A DNA stretch of 64,000 bases. Origin: Octopus sinensis. Taxonomy: Eukaryota. The position numbers and the translations under genes were made by a program. Below, in pieces: positions 14,381 through 27,676 of the stretch. The DNA lies in NCBI RefSeq assembly GCF_006345805.1, contig NC_043005.1, forward strand, positions 82,646,001 through 82,710,000, written 5' to 3'. Position 1 is the first letter of the stretch. Each line of letters starts with the position of its first letter. A model generated the notes under the pieces. It saw nothing but the letters and a program-made list of their open reading frames with translations. It had not been told where the DNA came from and made no database searches.

Positions 14381-15479
14381 TATGATTATTAACAGTTTTG
14401 TTAATGTCATATTTTGTTGTATTTGCTGTTAAATTTGACGAGAAACCATTATTGTATCTAAGAAGGTATTTTCGTTAAGAACAATAATAGAAAAATTGAT
14501 ATGATTATTCATTTAAGAATAGATAAGTTACAGAATGTATCGGTGAATGTGCAAGCTTCTTGTAAAACCTAATACAGCACGTACACTTAATATTTTTCAG
14601 AATATGAAAGAATCAGGTGTATGTGACTAAGTCAAAGTCAAAACATATTCGTATTTCTTCAAATACATAATAAAAATCATGATATTTGAACTTAAATTAT
14701 TTGACTGTGTGTCAGAGTAAAATGTCTGTGTAATTCTATTAATATATTTCGAAGTTCTTAATCTTTAATATCAAATTTTGTGTCACTTGGTCAGCGCATT
14801 ATGTCTAATCTGAGATTGCGTATATTTAGGTCAGGAAAAATTCGACTTTTTGTTATATTACAAGTATGTAAGAATGTTAATTATATTTAATCTTCAACTG
14901 TGTGTCTCTAGGTCAAAGACGTATAGTCTTTCTAATACGTCAACTATATAACGAAGCTGATTGTATTCCGTCCTAGATTGTGAGTCACTAGTTCAGGGGG
15001 AAATCGCCTTTCTAATGCTACGAATAAATAATAAGTGGTGATTATATCTAATCTTAAATTGATCTCATGTCAATTTTTCTTTTCTGACCAATGATAATAA
15101 GACATTGACTACATATGTAAGTAATTTTAGACATATATTTTGCGCTTGGAAGGTGATGAATACCCTCATGTCACATCTTACTAAGTTGAATTTTTTTCAG
15201 TTTTGTTTGACTGATTGATAGAATGCTGGCGAAATGTGTTGCTGTTTAATAGCTACTTTGAATGGATTTGTTTTGAAAATTGCCACTATGTCAATGGCTA
15301 GAAGGACAGTGCAATGTCCCATTGTATATATATTTTTTTCTAATGGAAATATTAACGTTTATTGCATACTATCTAATATATCTCATGACAGCTCTTTAAA
15401 ATTTCGTCACGTAAAACTGTGCACCTATATGATATTATATGATATTAAATGGTCTCTGTGCAAACGGAGATTATTAATG

Positions 15480-16560
15480 CAGTATTAAACAGACTTGTTA
15501 GTGTTTTGAATAAGGGTTCGCCAAAACGAATGTAAGAGATTATCTTCCCTAAATTTACGAATATCTTTATTAAACCATGGAAAAGGGTGTGAATATTGAT
15601 TTATATATAATATTGAACTGTCATTCAATATCGTCTCTCTAACGTTAATTTTTACTTCTAAAATACTCACTATTTGATAGGGGTGATTATTGTAATTTGG
15701 GTGTTAAAATCATTGGATAGCTTGCGTATATTTTTCCTTGAGTCTTTTAGATTGATTTTCCAAGTATTGAAAGAATAGATGATATTGTAGGGCGAATCAA
15801 TTGGCTTATATTTTACAGAGTTGTATAAGTTGGTGTTAGAGTTTAAAAGAAGATTAAATAGACGGCTACTAACATAGATTCTTTAAGCAATATTTTAGAA
15901 ATTCTGGTAGACTTTGTATAAAACATAAAACGAAATACATTTGAAAATTCAGTTCTGTTTCTGGATTCCATTCCTCTACCAAAAACCTTTGTAATTATGT
16001 CGTTGTTAAAATCATATTCTTTCGTTGATGAAGAGAATCGATTTTGCGTCATTATTATGTATATGTAATTATCTGAGGGGACAGAAAAGAGTTTCGAAAA
16101 TCTTAGGACTTTTAATGATTGATGCTTATTTGTAGAATAGGAGTGTCTATTATATCAAATTAATATTACTATTTGATGTCAACTATATCAAAGAATTTTA
16201 TCATAGATGTTTCTCAACCAACTTCTAAAGAATGGTGTGTCATTCCTAGGTGCCAATCGGGAATTTTTCTTAACACTGTTATTGGAAATATTTTACAAAT
16301 GCCTGAAAGCTCTGTGATGGATTTATATTTCTTTAATTAATCGTAAAATTAGGATTATAAGTTTGGCAGAGATTATATATGTCATTTAGTGCAATCATTT
16401 CCACTTTAATTTCTGATATGAGTCGAAAGTTATGTTTCCCTCCGTCATTGATAGAATGAAATGTTTTCATAAAAGTATATGCAATCCTGTTCATTAGTTG
16501 AATATTCCAGATGTTACAGTGCATTTCACACGGGTGTTTTTCTGCTACTTGACACAAATG
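15480..16560 (-). mobile_element. Very old Penelope-like reverse transcriptase relic
   Basis: Colinear decayed motifs on the minus strand: NFRLI (cf. CRLINP), FDIIDT (cf. FDIVDFYPSI), GMESRNRTEFSNVF (cf. TMGSYDGAEICELVG), NSNTNLYNSVKYKP (cf. NLNTGLYKPYRKP). Many stops and frameshifts. Confidence 0.4.
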
Positions 16561-17074
16561 TTCTGCTTTTATCTCCCAGCATTAACCCTATTTTATTAGG
16601 ATGCTTTCACTAGAAGTGTTGTTTATACTTCCTCGTTTACACGTCCTGTACCATTTAGGAATGGCCTAGTTCGCATTAAAACACGTCATTCCGTCAAGGT
16701 GCCAGAATAGATCTGGAGCGAGCAAGTTTGAAAATTGGAAAATGGCAACAAGAAGCCAGGTTATGATGGAATCAAGCGGTGGCATGCATCCTCTTTATCT
16801 TTGCTTTCGATGGTAGAACCATCAGAGACAGTTTCTTGTTCTATTAACTTGTTCTACTAGTTGAATTTTTCCCCTATACCTGGAGATTTCAAAATTCCTG
16901 TGCAAAGGGCGCTATTCGTGAAGGCAGGATCACTATTCACATTCAGTTAGATTTCGTTAGTATCTCCGATCAACGAAGTGGTATGTGTCGATAGTGGAAC
17001 AAAGATAACGTCAGTGGAACAAAGCACAAGTAACAATCAAGGAATTTCAATTTCAATAAAAACGTCGTTGAAGA

Positions 17075-17126
17075 TATCTATCTATCTATCTATGTATCAG
17101 CTCTTTTTTTCACTGTCACATTTCTC

Positions 17127-17182
<56 letters not shown>

Positions 17183-17440
17183 TATATACATACATATGTA
17201 TACACACAAATTTCGTAATCCTGTCCGTCTGCCTCTAACTCTCTTCTCTCCCCACGTGACCGGTGTTCGGCTAAGCCTGACCTTTCTCTCTTGGTTCGGC
17301 CGCCGTCCGTGTAAAATATATATTCCTCCCTGTGCCCGTGAAATCTCGAATCCCTGCCGCAAGGCTTCACTTCCACACACGCCAGCTTAATTTAATTCGT
17401 CCTTAGTCGAGAGACACCTGCTGTTATGTCCTGTTATTTT
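17075..17440 (+). repeat. Interspersed repeat, copy 1 of an inverted pair
   Basis: GTATACACACAAATTTCGT.ATCCTGTCCGTCTGCCTCTA...CCCCACGTGACC.GTGTTCGGC...TTCGTCCTTAGTCGA; its reverse complement is at 19085-19430. Confidence 0.85.
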
Positions 17441-18060
17441 TTGAGAAGCTTCTTTGTTAGACTATAACATGTAATTGACTTTTAACATAGGCACAAGTCT
17501 AAAACATTTTGGTAATAGAGTAGAAAATATAACAGCTACTCTAGTACGACACAACTATACTTGTATTACTTTCAATTTTAAAATGAAAATATACGAAGAC
17601 ATTGGCAAAATTCGAAATAAAGTTACGTAACTCAGTATGGCTTATCATGAATACATCCCACCTTCGTCTTCATGTTAGATATTAACAAACGTACTCGAGT
17701 ATGAATTAGTATGTGTATAAATCTAAATGCATATGTGTGTACAATAGCTTTTCCTTGTAACTCTTGGACAATAGAGTAACGATGAATATATTGCACACTT
17801 TAGTGGAATCGATTAGGTCCATGTGTTTCTGGTAGATTCTGCTGTTTGATCAATATATATTTCCTTCTCAAACCAACGTGTTTACTTCGGTTCACAGAGT
17901 GTTTTTACATTTTTACACTGATATATTTCTGGCTACGGATTTTGTTTACCTACACGAGAAGCATATAAACGTATACATACATGGACACATATACGAAGAA
18001 TGGACATATATTTATATGCAATATATATATATATATATGTATGTATATATACACATATAG

Positions 18061-18111
<51 letters not shown>

Positions 18112-19084
18112 AATGTATATGTGTGTGCGTGTGTCTATGTGTGTATAACTTGCATTCGGTATAATTTCATATACGGCATTCTCTGTCACAACATATCTTC
18201 TCTCTCTCTCTCTCTCTCACACACACAACACGCCGGGGGAGAGGACAGAAATAGAAAAAGAAGGAGAAAGAGAGAAAAAGAAAGAGTCGGATATATATAT
18301 ATATATATAAATATGTCCTAAAATATTTGTAATAACGTATATCTACATACATAATTTCAGATATTATTAAAACCCCACGCAATAATATTTAGACGTGTTA
18401 AATAGCAATATCGTGCTGGCAAACTACTTTCATGTTTCTTTACAGCTATATACATAGGTGTACGTCGGTGCATATATAAATATTAGGTTTTATACAATTT
18501 GTTATAAATGTGTATGTCTGTGTAATTTTTAGTATGAACACATTTACACGTATGTTTTGTAGTAATATTAACACACACATATATATATATATATATATAT
18601 TGATATGTATTGATATGTATATATAAATGCTAGCTTATATATATATATATATTCATAGAAATAGTAGATTATAGATATTTACATTAACATTAGTTTATGC
18701 GTGTGTGTGTGTTTGTATGCAATCAAATGTACATATAAATGCCTGTATAGTATATGAATATATATATGTGTGTGAGTGCGTGTGTGTGTGTGTGTGTGTG
18801 TGTATAAAATACAAAATGGGACAAGAACGCAAAACATCCAGACAGGTGATGCAAGAAAAGGGACAAAACATCCAGATAGAGGATACAAAGGAACCAATGA
18901 CGGTTCATTCGCAATTTTACTTTCCTCAGTCGAGTCAGAGATTATCTTTGCAATTTCGGCTCTTTATACTCGAGATTGCTCCAATCTCGCCAGTCTCAAG
19001 GAAGAACTAAGCTAAAAGTATTAGATTCCTTGGAAGAAAGCTGCGAACGTATACGAAAATAAGGACGGATGTTACACAAATACA

Positions 19085-19430
19085 AATAACAGGACATAAC
19101 AACAGTGGTCTTTCGACTAAGGACGAATTAGATTAAGATGACGTGTGTCGAAGTAAAGCCTTACGATAGAGATACAAGATTTCACAGACACAGAGAGGAA
19201 TATATATGTTGTACGGACGGGGCCGAACCACGAAAAGTCAGGTTTGGCCGAACACTGGTCACGTGGGGAGAGAAGAGAGAGAGGTAGAGGCAGACGGACA
19301 GGATAACGAAATTTGTGTGTATACATATATATACTTATGTATATACAACGTGAGAGAGAGAGAAAGAAGGAGAGAAAAAGTGACAAAGAGAAAGAGAGCT
19401 GATAGATCGGTAGATGGATAGATAGATAGA
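19085..19430 (-). repeat. Interspersed repeat, copy 2 of an inverted pair
   Basis: Reverse complement of 17075-17440 with scattered substitutions; runs into (GATA)n at 19390-19557. Confidence 0.85.
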
Positions 19431-19467
19431 TGATAGATAGATAGATGGATAGATAGATACACAGGTT

Positions 19468-19558
<91 letters not shown>

Positions 19559-19814
19559 CTTCAGGTAAGTTGCCACAACTTGACACAAGATCCTGTTCGT
19601 GTGCATGTGAAATTCAGAATTGTGAGAGGTTGACTTGACCAAAATAAGTTATCAGTCTCTACTATGGTAGTGAGCTTTTTTGCCGACATCTGATATTAAA
19701 CTGACATGTATGTATGTATTACCATGCATATAGTTACATATATAGACATGCTCATATATGTATGTACGAATGTATCAATATTAATATATTTATATATATG
19801 CACGTCTACGTGTG

Positions 19815-19898
<84 letters not shown>

Positions 19899-19943
19899 GG
19901 TATATAGGTAGTTATTCGTATATCTGTACACACTGAAATAGAC

Positions 19944-19974
<31 letters not shown>

Positions 19975-20109
19975 TACACACATATATATATATATAAATA
20001 CGTACAAACACACATACCTACATACATACATATGTATATGATTATGTGCTTATATATATATATATGTATATATATGTATGCATGTATATATTTATATGTA
20101 CCATTGTTA

Positions 20110-20145
<36 letters not shown>

Positions 20146-20946
20146 GTACATGCATGTGAAAATGTGTGTATGTTTCTACTTACAGAATCATGTATTCGTG
20201 TATATATATAGACATATGCGCGCGCGCGAGTGTGTGAAGGAGCAATCTTGGAAAATATTATTAAACATCTTGCCAAGAGATTTAATACAACCCAACGGAA
20301 TGATTTTCTTTGAAGCCGATCTATGCTGTTTACACTATATACCTTCGATATTTCTATATCTCTGTGTTTGACCTTCCCTCTTTGATCACTTTATCATCTT
20401 ACAGTCATGCTTTAAAGTAATATTAATTCTCTATCATCCTACATCCTGCTGTTTAAACAAGATTCACAACGGATTATGACATGTTGATCTTCTCTTGTCG
20501 TTTTGCCTTCAAAAATCACAATATTTGCTTATCAAGAAGACAACGAGGAAATTTATCACAAATATACAAGCAGGTTCTGGTCAGTGTGGATATTCTGGAT
20601 GTACAATAATTAGTTTTGTCAAGTGTTTTGACTGTATCAAATGAAGTTGATCTTTATCTACTTGCAGGTATTCTTTTCGCAACAGCTGCATTGTTCACAA
20701 TTCTCATTGAAGTATCAAAATATTTTATTTATGCCAATCTACAGACTGACAAGCACACACACACACACACACCTACATTAATATATGTAGGACAGATAAT
20801 ATCGGTTTCATATATCTATTTATGTATCGATTTATACACACACACACATGCACACACACACACAAACATATATATATATATATATATATATATTTTTAGT
20901 TTTGAACTCAGAGCTGCGACCATGCTGATGCACCGCCGTTATATAT

Positions 20947-21025
<79 letters not shown>

Positions 21026-21195
21026 TATACATACATATATATAATATATATATATATATACATACTTATATATCCAATACAGGGAAACAAGCTCTTACAG
21101 AGATGTAAAACACCCAATTTTCATTGGTTAACTATTTAATACCCAATATAGTAGAAAAAAAATTTGCTCGCCAAGAAATGCTTATATATAGACAA

Positions 21196-21608
21196 TATAT
21201 AATAATAAAAGGAAAAGAGTTTAAACCGATATATGTTAATTTATTAACATAATATCATATTATTATTTAAAATAAATATAATCCCCAAAATTGTTTCAAT
21301 TCAAATATTGAAAACAAAAATTTATATTATGGAAGTATTTTTGTAAGAATCTCATCAGGGTAAACTGGACGAAAATCACATATGAGAAGTTTGAAATCGT
21401 AGAACGGACGGAATGAGTTTGAAATCGTAAATCGGACTAACGAGATTCTTACTCAAATATTTCCATGATATAAATTTTGGGTGTTGGGGTTTGAAGTGAA
21501 TCAATTGTAGGGATTATATTTATTTTCAAATTATAATGATAATATAATATTAAGTTAATAAAGTAACACGTATCAGTTGAAACTCTATTTTCCTTTTATT
21601 ATTATATA
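21196..21608. mobile_element. Old fold-back / MITE-like element with ~160-bp diverged inverted arms
   Basis: Left arm TATATAATAATAAAAGGAAAAGAGTTT...GTAAGAATCTC (21196-21353) pairs with right arm GAGATTCTTAC...AAACTCTATTTTCCTTTTATTATTATATA (21442-21608). The 88-bp spacer holds a repeated GTTTGAAATCGTA.A.CGGAC. Confidence 0.7.
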
Positions 21609-22099
21609 CCCTTATATATCAGGATATGTATGTATATATGTATTTTAACTTTGCGTTTGAAGCTGCTTAATAATGCAAAGTTTACCAATAATGTATGTCT
21701 CTTAGTAAACATTATAAAGCGGCGGTATTTCGTTCAAAGGAGATCTCCTTCAAAGACGTGTCATGTTCAAAATCCCAGCATATCTCAAAAAGAGTCGAAA
21801 TAAATCGGCCTGGAAGTGAAAGGAGCGACAGATATCGATATCAATATGAGTTCATTTCCCCAGGATTAAATGCTGCAGCTTCATAGCGTTTAGTAATTCA
21901 AATATACATATGTATAGATATGTATAATATGTAGATATGTATATATGTGTATATATATATATATATATTATATATATATATATATAAAGAGAGAGAGAGA
22001 GAGGTGTTCAACAGATCTCTCTGCAGTAGGTATTTTATTGCAAAATAAATAAGATGGTATAAGACTACAAATGAATTTATTAGACTTTACAAGACTTTA

Positions 22100-22300
22100 A
22101 AAAAAGTTTATAAGTGTTGAAAGTGTCGTCCTTCATTTTCAGTGCCTAAGTTAACTCTTCTACACATGTTTGGAGTCTGACATCTTGGAGAGTCTGGCGC
22201 AGTATGAACCGTGTGAAGATTATGATTCCGTCTTTTAGCTGATTAATGGTTTTCGGGCGATTCTTGTACACTGATCCTTTACTGGCTCTCCTTCACCTAA
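22100..22300 (-). mobile_element. Tc1/mariner transposase C-terminal relic
   Basis: VYKNRPKTINQLKDGI and RLQTCVEE resemble the post-DDD helices of mariner transposases; frameshifted. Confidence 0.45.
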
Positions 22301-22949
22301 AAACTCTTGAAGTAGCACCATGGTGATGTACGAAGTATGTTCTGTAGTCCCCCCTTGCTGAAAGTTTCAGTTAGTTAGCCTACAAATTGATCCACAATTT
22401 TTTAGTAATATCTCAGCCGAGAGACTTTTTGAACAAAATGTATATGTATATATACATGTATATATTTATATACATATATAGATATGTAATATTTATATTA
22501 TATATATAGGAATATATACGCATATATATATATATATATATATATATACGCATACAATATATATATATATACGCTAAACAACGGTACATCGTCCCTTTCA
22601 GGGCAACCACATTGTATTGACATATAGCCTTTATTTCATAGAACTGCTACTGAATATCTCTCGTTTACAGAGTTAGAAATAATAATATTTCTATTTCATT
22701 AGATCAGTGACAGTGTGTCACTTTGAAAGCTACGTATTCGAATGGTGAATTCAGCAATACCACCTAGCCAAGCAGATACTCTGCGTTTTTAAAGCGCAAT
22801 AACCCAGAAACCTGTACACAGAGACCTTGACTCTTGATATGTTATCAGATTAGCACGCCAGACAGGTTACTTCTCCTTGCTCAATTACTTAACTCCGTTG
22901 TTGTACACCTCGTATTTCCCTACTTCTTCGTCGACAAATACGTACCACC

Positions 22950-23340
22950 CCAGGTCTGTCGTCCTCGTTGTCAATGGTGCCGTCGTGAGAGTCGTTTCCG
23001 CCGTTGCCGTTGTCTTATCGTCGATTGTAGTTATAGTATTAATGAGACTGAGGATGATAGTGGTGATGATGATGATGATGATGATGATGCACCACACCTC
23101 CACGTCTTCACCATCCTCATTGGCATCATCGTCCTTGTCGTCATGACCACCGCCATTACTACCACCTTCATCAACATCATCATAATGATCATCATCATCA
23201 CCACCATTCTCATTAGCATAGTCATTAGCAGCATCAGAAGTCTCATCATTGCAATTATCCCCATATTCTATAAACCACTACCATCACCAACACCACCACC
23301 ACCATCACTACCATTGCCATCATTTCAAATACGCGCGTTT
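22950..23340. repeat. Degenerate trinucleotide mosaic (GTC/GTT, GAT, CAT/CAC)
   Basis: Low-complexity triplets; explains ORFs 22834-23361 and 22877-23146. Confidence 0.85.
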
Positions 23341-23839
23341 ACAATGAACTTCATTATATAATGCGATCATCATTAATTTGTGTGGCATTTTAAATAGGAA
23401 ACGATTTAAATAAACAAACTTTCCTTTAAAATGTCATTGATGAAATCGTTTTTTCTCGCTGGTTCTGCTCGCTGGTATTATAAATAGTCTCGACCAAATT
23501 TATTGCTGCATTCTCAATACTATCTATGGGATAGTAGGCATATTATGTTTACATGACTATAACTGCTAGACTACAGAAATGTAAACAAACCAACCACGGT
23601 TGTAAAGCAGTGTGCATACAAAGGCACACACACATACATAACCACAGCCACACACACTCACATACACACAACGTATTCTGTTCCGTTTACCAAGTTCTGT
23701 CACAAATATTGTTTGGCCCGTATTATAACAGAAATCACTTGCTCAAGGTATTGATCAGGGGATTGCAAAGCAGACGTTTAACCACCCAGCTATTATTGCA
23801 CCATCGTAATTACAAAGATAATAGTCTTTTCTTTTCTAA

Positions 23840-24020
23840 GCACAAGGCCCGAAATTTTGGGGGAGGGAGCCAGTCGGTCAGATCGGTCCCAGTATGCAAC
23901 TGATACTTAATTTAACAACCCCGAAAGGATAAAAAAATAAAGTCGACCTCGGCGGAATTTGAACTCAGATCGTAAAGCATTTTGCCGGGGTGCTAACGTT
24001 TCTGCCAGCTTGCCGCCTTA
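23840..24020 (-). mobile_element. SINE family A
   Basis: AAAGTCGACCTCGGCGGAATTTGAACTCAGA...GCTAACGTTTCTGCCAGCTTGCCGCCTT is the reverse complement of the family A head. Confidence 0.9.
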
Positions 24021-24259
24021 TTACGAGTATAATATTAATTTTTATAAAGATATTGGATTAGGAGTATTTGTAAATTGATCGATTAAATTCCCTTCAGTAC
24101 ATCAATATTTGCTCTGACAGGTAAATGTCACCGAGGACCCTTTTGCATTTAGGACTTGAGTGTTCGAAAACATATCTACCAATTGAGTAATAACCGGTAA
24201 TTCTATTCACCAAATAAATGGCATTTCCTTAAATATACATAAATATTGATATAAAAAGT

Positions 24260-24470
24260 AAGGCAGTGAGCCGACAGAATCGTTAGCACGTTGGGTAAGA
24301 TGCTTTGCAGCATCACGTTCTGAGTTCAAATGCCGCTGAGGTCGACTTTGCGTCTTCTCCCTTCGAAATTCGATAAAAAATATGTACTAGTTGTGTACCG
24401 GAGTCGATGCAATCATCTTATCCGCTCCACCGAACTTGCTGGCCTTGTGTCAAAATTCGAAATCAATATT
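24260..24470 (+). mobile_element. SINE family A, diverged
   Basis: AAGGCAGTGAGCCGACAGAATCGTTAGCACG...GTTCTGAGTTCAAATGCCGCTGAGGTCGACTTTG. Confidence 0.85.
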
Positions 24471-24687
24471 GATATAGAGAATTAAAGACAAGGCTATGTG
24501 AACTCAGCTGCACTTAAGTTAAAATTCGTATTTTGCCCTCACATATATGTGTCTCTCTGTACTTTATTGTTCGTTTCTTGGTCACTAGAACTCATAAGAG
24601 CAGTGACTCGATCACCATGGCTTATAAGTGAACTCGCCGGTTGCAAGGAAGAGGGTAGGTGGAGTAGTTTAATGGTACTTTATTTTA

Positions 24688-24915
24688 AAGGCGGCGAGTT
24701 GGCAGAAACGTTAGCACGCCGGGCGAAATGCGTAGCCGTATTTCGTCTGCCGTTACGTTCTGAGTTCAAATTCCGCCGAGTTCGACTTTGCCTTTCATCC
24801 TTTCGGGGTCGATAACTTAAGTAACAGTTACGCACAGGGTCGATATAATCGACTTAATCCGCTTGTCCTTGTTTGTCCTCTCTGTGTTTAGCCCCTTGTG
24901 GGTAGTAAAGAAATA
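24688..24915 (+). mobile_element. Young SINE family A nested in an older antisense family A copy (about 24600-25050)
   Basis: Perfect 14-bp TSD GGTACTTTATTTTA at 24674-24687 and 24916-24929; the flanks rejoin into a minus-strand SINE A. Confidence 0.92.
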
Positions 24916-25447
24916 GGTACTTTATTTTATCGACCCCAAAAGTATGAGAGGCAAAGTCGACCTCAGTGGGACTTTTAAATCTGGACGTAAAGAACTGAAA
25001 TAAATACCGTAAAGCATTTTCTCCAGTGTTCCCGCTCACTGCCTTCTCCCCATGCTGTTTCAGAAATAAAAATATTAATGTTTCTGACGTCAACAAAACA
25101 AGCTTAGTTGATGGAATATTATTTGAATAGGAATTTAAAGATCATTTAGGGAATAAATACAACAAATAAAATGAAATGTAGAGAGAAGAAAAACAACGCT
25201 GTTTTAATGAAATGACAATGGTTTTATGCTTGATCACGAATAAAATATTAAGAAAAGCATATTTTATGTCACTCCCTGAGCGACACTGCTCTTAACTGAT
25301 ATTTGTGAGGCAATCAATTTCAATCGATATTTATTCAACACACGCAAATGTGATAAACTGAGCTAATTGCTTGATCTTCTTAATCAGTTGATATTCATCT
25401 ACCGATAAACACACAGCTGCGGAGCGGTGTGACACAGAGCACTGAGG

Positions 25448-25905
25448 CGGCAGGCGTGGCTATATGGTAAGAAGCTTGCTTCCCCACCACATAGTTCCGT
25501 GTTCAGTCCCACTGTCTGGCATCTTGGGCAGGTGTCTTCTACTATAGCCTCAAGCAGATCGAAGCCTTGTGTGTTGATGTGGTAGACGGAGACTAAAAGA
25601 AGCCTGTCGTATATATGTATGCATGTATGTATGTATATATAAACACACGCACAAACGCGCATGCGCACCACACAATCACACACACACACAGACACGCATA
25701 TATATATGCATATGTATATATTTATGTGTGCGTTTCTTTGTCTCTGTCAATTCTTCACAACCGTGTTGATATATTTATGTCCCCGTAACTTAGCAGTTCG
25801 CCAAAATAAACCAATAGATTAAAAGTACCAGGATTTTAAAAAGTAAGTATTGGGGTGGCCCATCAAGGCCGCAGTCTGGTGACTGAAACAAGTAAAAGAC
25901 AAAAT
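25448..25905 (+). mobile_element. SINE family B, near full length with internal microsatellite
   Basis: tRNA-like head GGCGTGGCTATATGGTAAGAAGC...GTTCAGTCCC; core CTTGGGCAGGTGTCTTCTACTATAGCC; internal TA/CA repeat; tail GACTGAAACAAGTAAAAGA. Confidence 0.9.
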
Positions 25906-26562
25906 ATAAAAGAAATCATCTCTTATTCGTCTCTTAACATTCCATATCAAATGTGTCAATCGGTGTTTGTATGCTATGTCGGGGTGCAGATATCAAGGTG
26001 TTAAATGGCTCACTGCTCGATCTAATCAGAAATTTTATATTGAGTTGCTGCACTTGCTAGAAATAGCAACTAAATAAACTTCACATCACACGCTGCCCTC
26101 TTAGACATGTGAAGGAAATTTCGTATTAGGTACTTGTACATTCACGTACAATGACAAGATAGTCAAATATGAAGCAACTTTTAAAACAAAGCTGCCAGAT
26201 GAGGGTTGCCGTGGTGCTTAATGGCAACAACAGCAGGAACAACGGCGGCAACAAGAACAACAACAGCTCTAATAATAGGATTCTGTTGTATAACACAGAA
26301 AATTTATGAAATGTCTGTTTCGACGGGAATAAATGAAAAGGATCCCAAGTTCCACATTTATCATCCCGAAGTCAACGACAATAATTATTGTCATAATAAG
26401 TCAATTAATGAAGTAAGAGTATTCTATTTTCAACCATACCTAACAAGAAGAAAAAGCTTGTATTTTCATTAAACTCTTTACTGAATAATAAACTTTAACT
26501 AAATTTGCACTTTTCTTTCGACAGCTCGCAAAGCAGCCGGAACGAAGGTAAACGTTGATTTC

Positions 26563-26789
26563 AGGCGGCGAGCTGGCAGAAACGTTGGCACACCGGGCGA
26601 AATGCGCAGCCGTATTTCGTATGCCGTTACGTTCTGAGTTCAAATTCCGCCGAGGTCGACTTTGCCTTTCATCCTTTCGGGATCGATAAATTAAGTACCA
26701 GTTACGCACAGGGGTCGATGTAATCGACTTAATCCGTTTGTCTGTCCTCCCTGTGTTTAGCCTCTTGTAAGTAGTAAAGAAATAGAAGT
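26563..26789 (+). mobile_element. Young SINE family A with TSD
   Basis: AGGTAAAC(G/A)TTGATTT at 26546-26561 and 26790-26805. Confidence 0.92.
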
Positions 26790-26819
26790 AGGTAAACATT
26801 GATTTGCAATTTTGGCAAT

Positions 26820-26992
26820 TTTGTGGGTGGGAGTAAGTCGATTACACCGACCCCAGTGCTCAGCGGGTTCTTATTTATAAGATCCCGAAAGGATGAAAGG
26901 TAAAGTTGATCTTAGTTGAATTTGAATTCAGAACATAAAGATGCTAAGCATCTTGCCTGGCGTGCTAATGATTCTGCCAGCTCGCCATTTTT
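26820..26992 (-). mobile_element. SINE family A, diverged, tail-to-tail with the previous copy
   Basis: CCCGAAAGGATGAAAGGTAAAGTTGA...GTGCTAATGATTCTGCCAGCTCGCC. Confidence 0.85.
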
Positions 26993-27492
26993 CCGAAGCT
27001 TAATATTGAGCAATAAATGAACATATTGACATTGAAGTAATGCTCCTCAGCGTGGGCGATACTATCCTGTGTGGGCATTGCAACGTTTTATATGGTGATT
27101 GAGAATAATGTGGGAGTAGAAGCGATAGATTCATTAACGTATTCATCGCCTTTAACTGCCCCATTAGCCTTTGGTTCTTATTAATTTTAAAGTAAGTTCC
27201 ATATAATGTGATAAACGACTCAGTGACAACAATGAGATTAATAATGTTAACAAAAACGATGGTATTATTCGAAAAGGGTGGTAGAGGGCGATAGATTCAA
27301 CCCCATAAGACTTAGATTACTATATAAATATTAATTCTGTAGAAAATTTAAAATGTAATGTAATGAAAAACCGCTTATCGGTGGCAATCACAAATTAAAA
27401 TAAAAATACAAATAAGCATCATCGATAAATTACACTTCTAAATATACATGGTTTTACGAAGTAATGGAATGCATTAGATGGTATATATATAC

Positions 27493-27676
27493 ATAATTTA
27501 CAAAATAAGGGCAAAAGAAAAAATTCTAATGCCAAATATTCGGCATATTTGGCATTAGAATTTTTTCTTTTGCCCTTATTTTGTAAATTATTTATAAATT
27601 TAACCTTTAAAGGCATTTTTTGATATGCTGGCCATCGATAAAATTTTTTCTCGAAAGAAATTTTATCCTACATTAG

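Noticed and set aside
22834-23361. 175-aa ORF with a poly-Asp run and hydrophobic stretch
   Set aside because: Built from degenerate trinucleotide repeats; open in several frames on both strands
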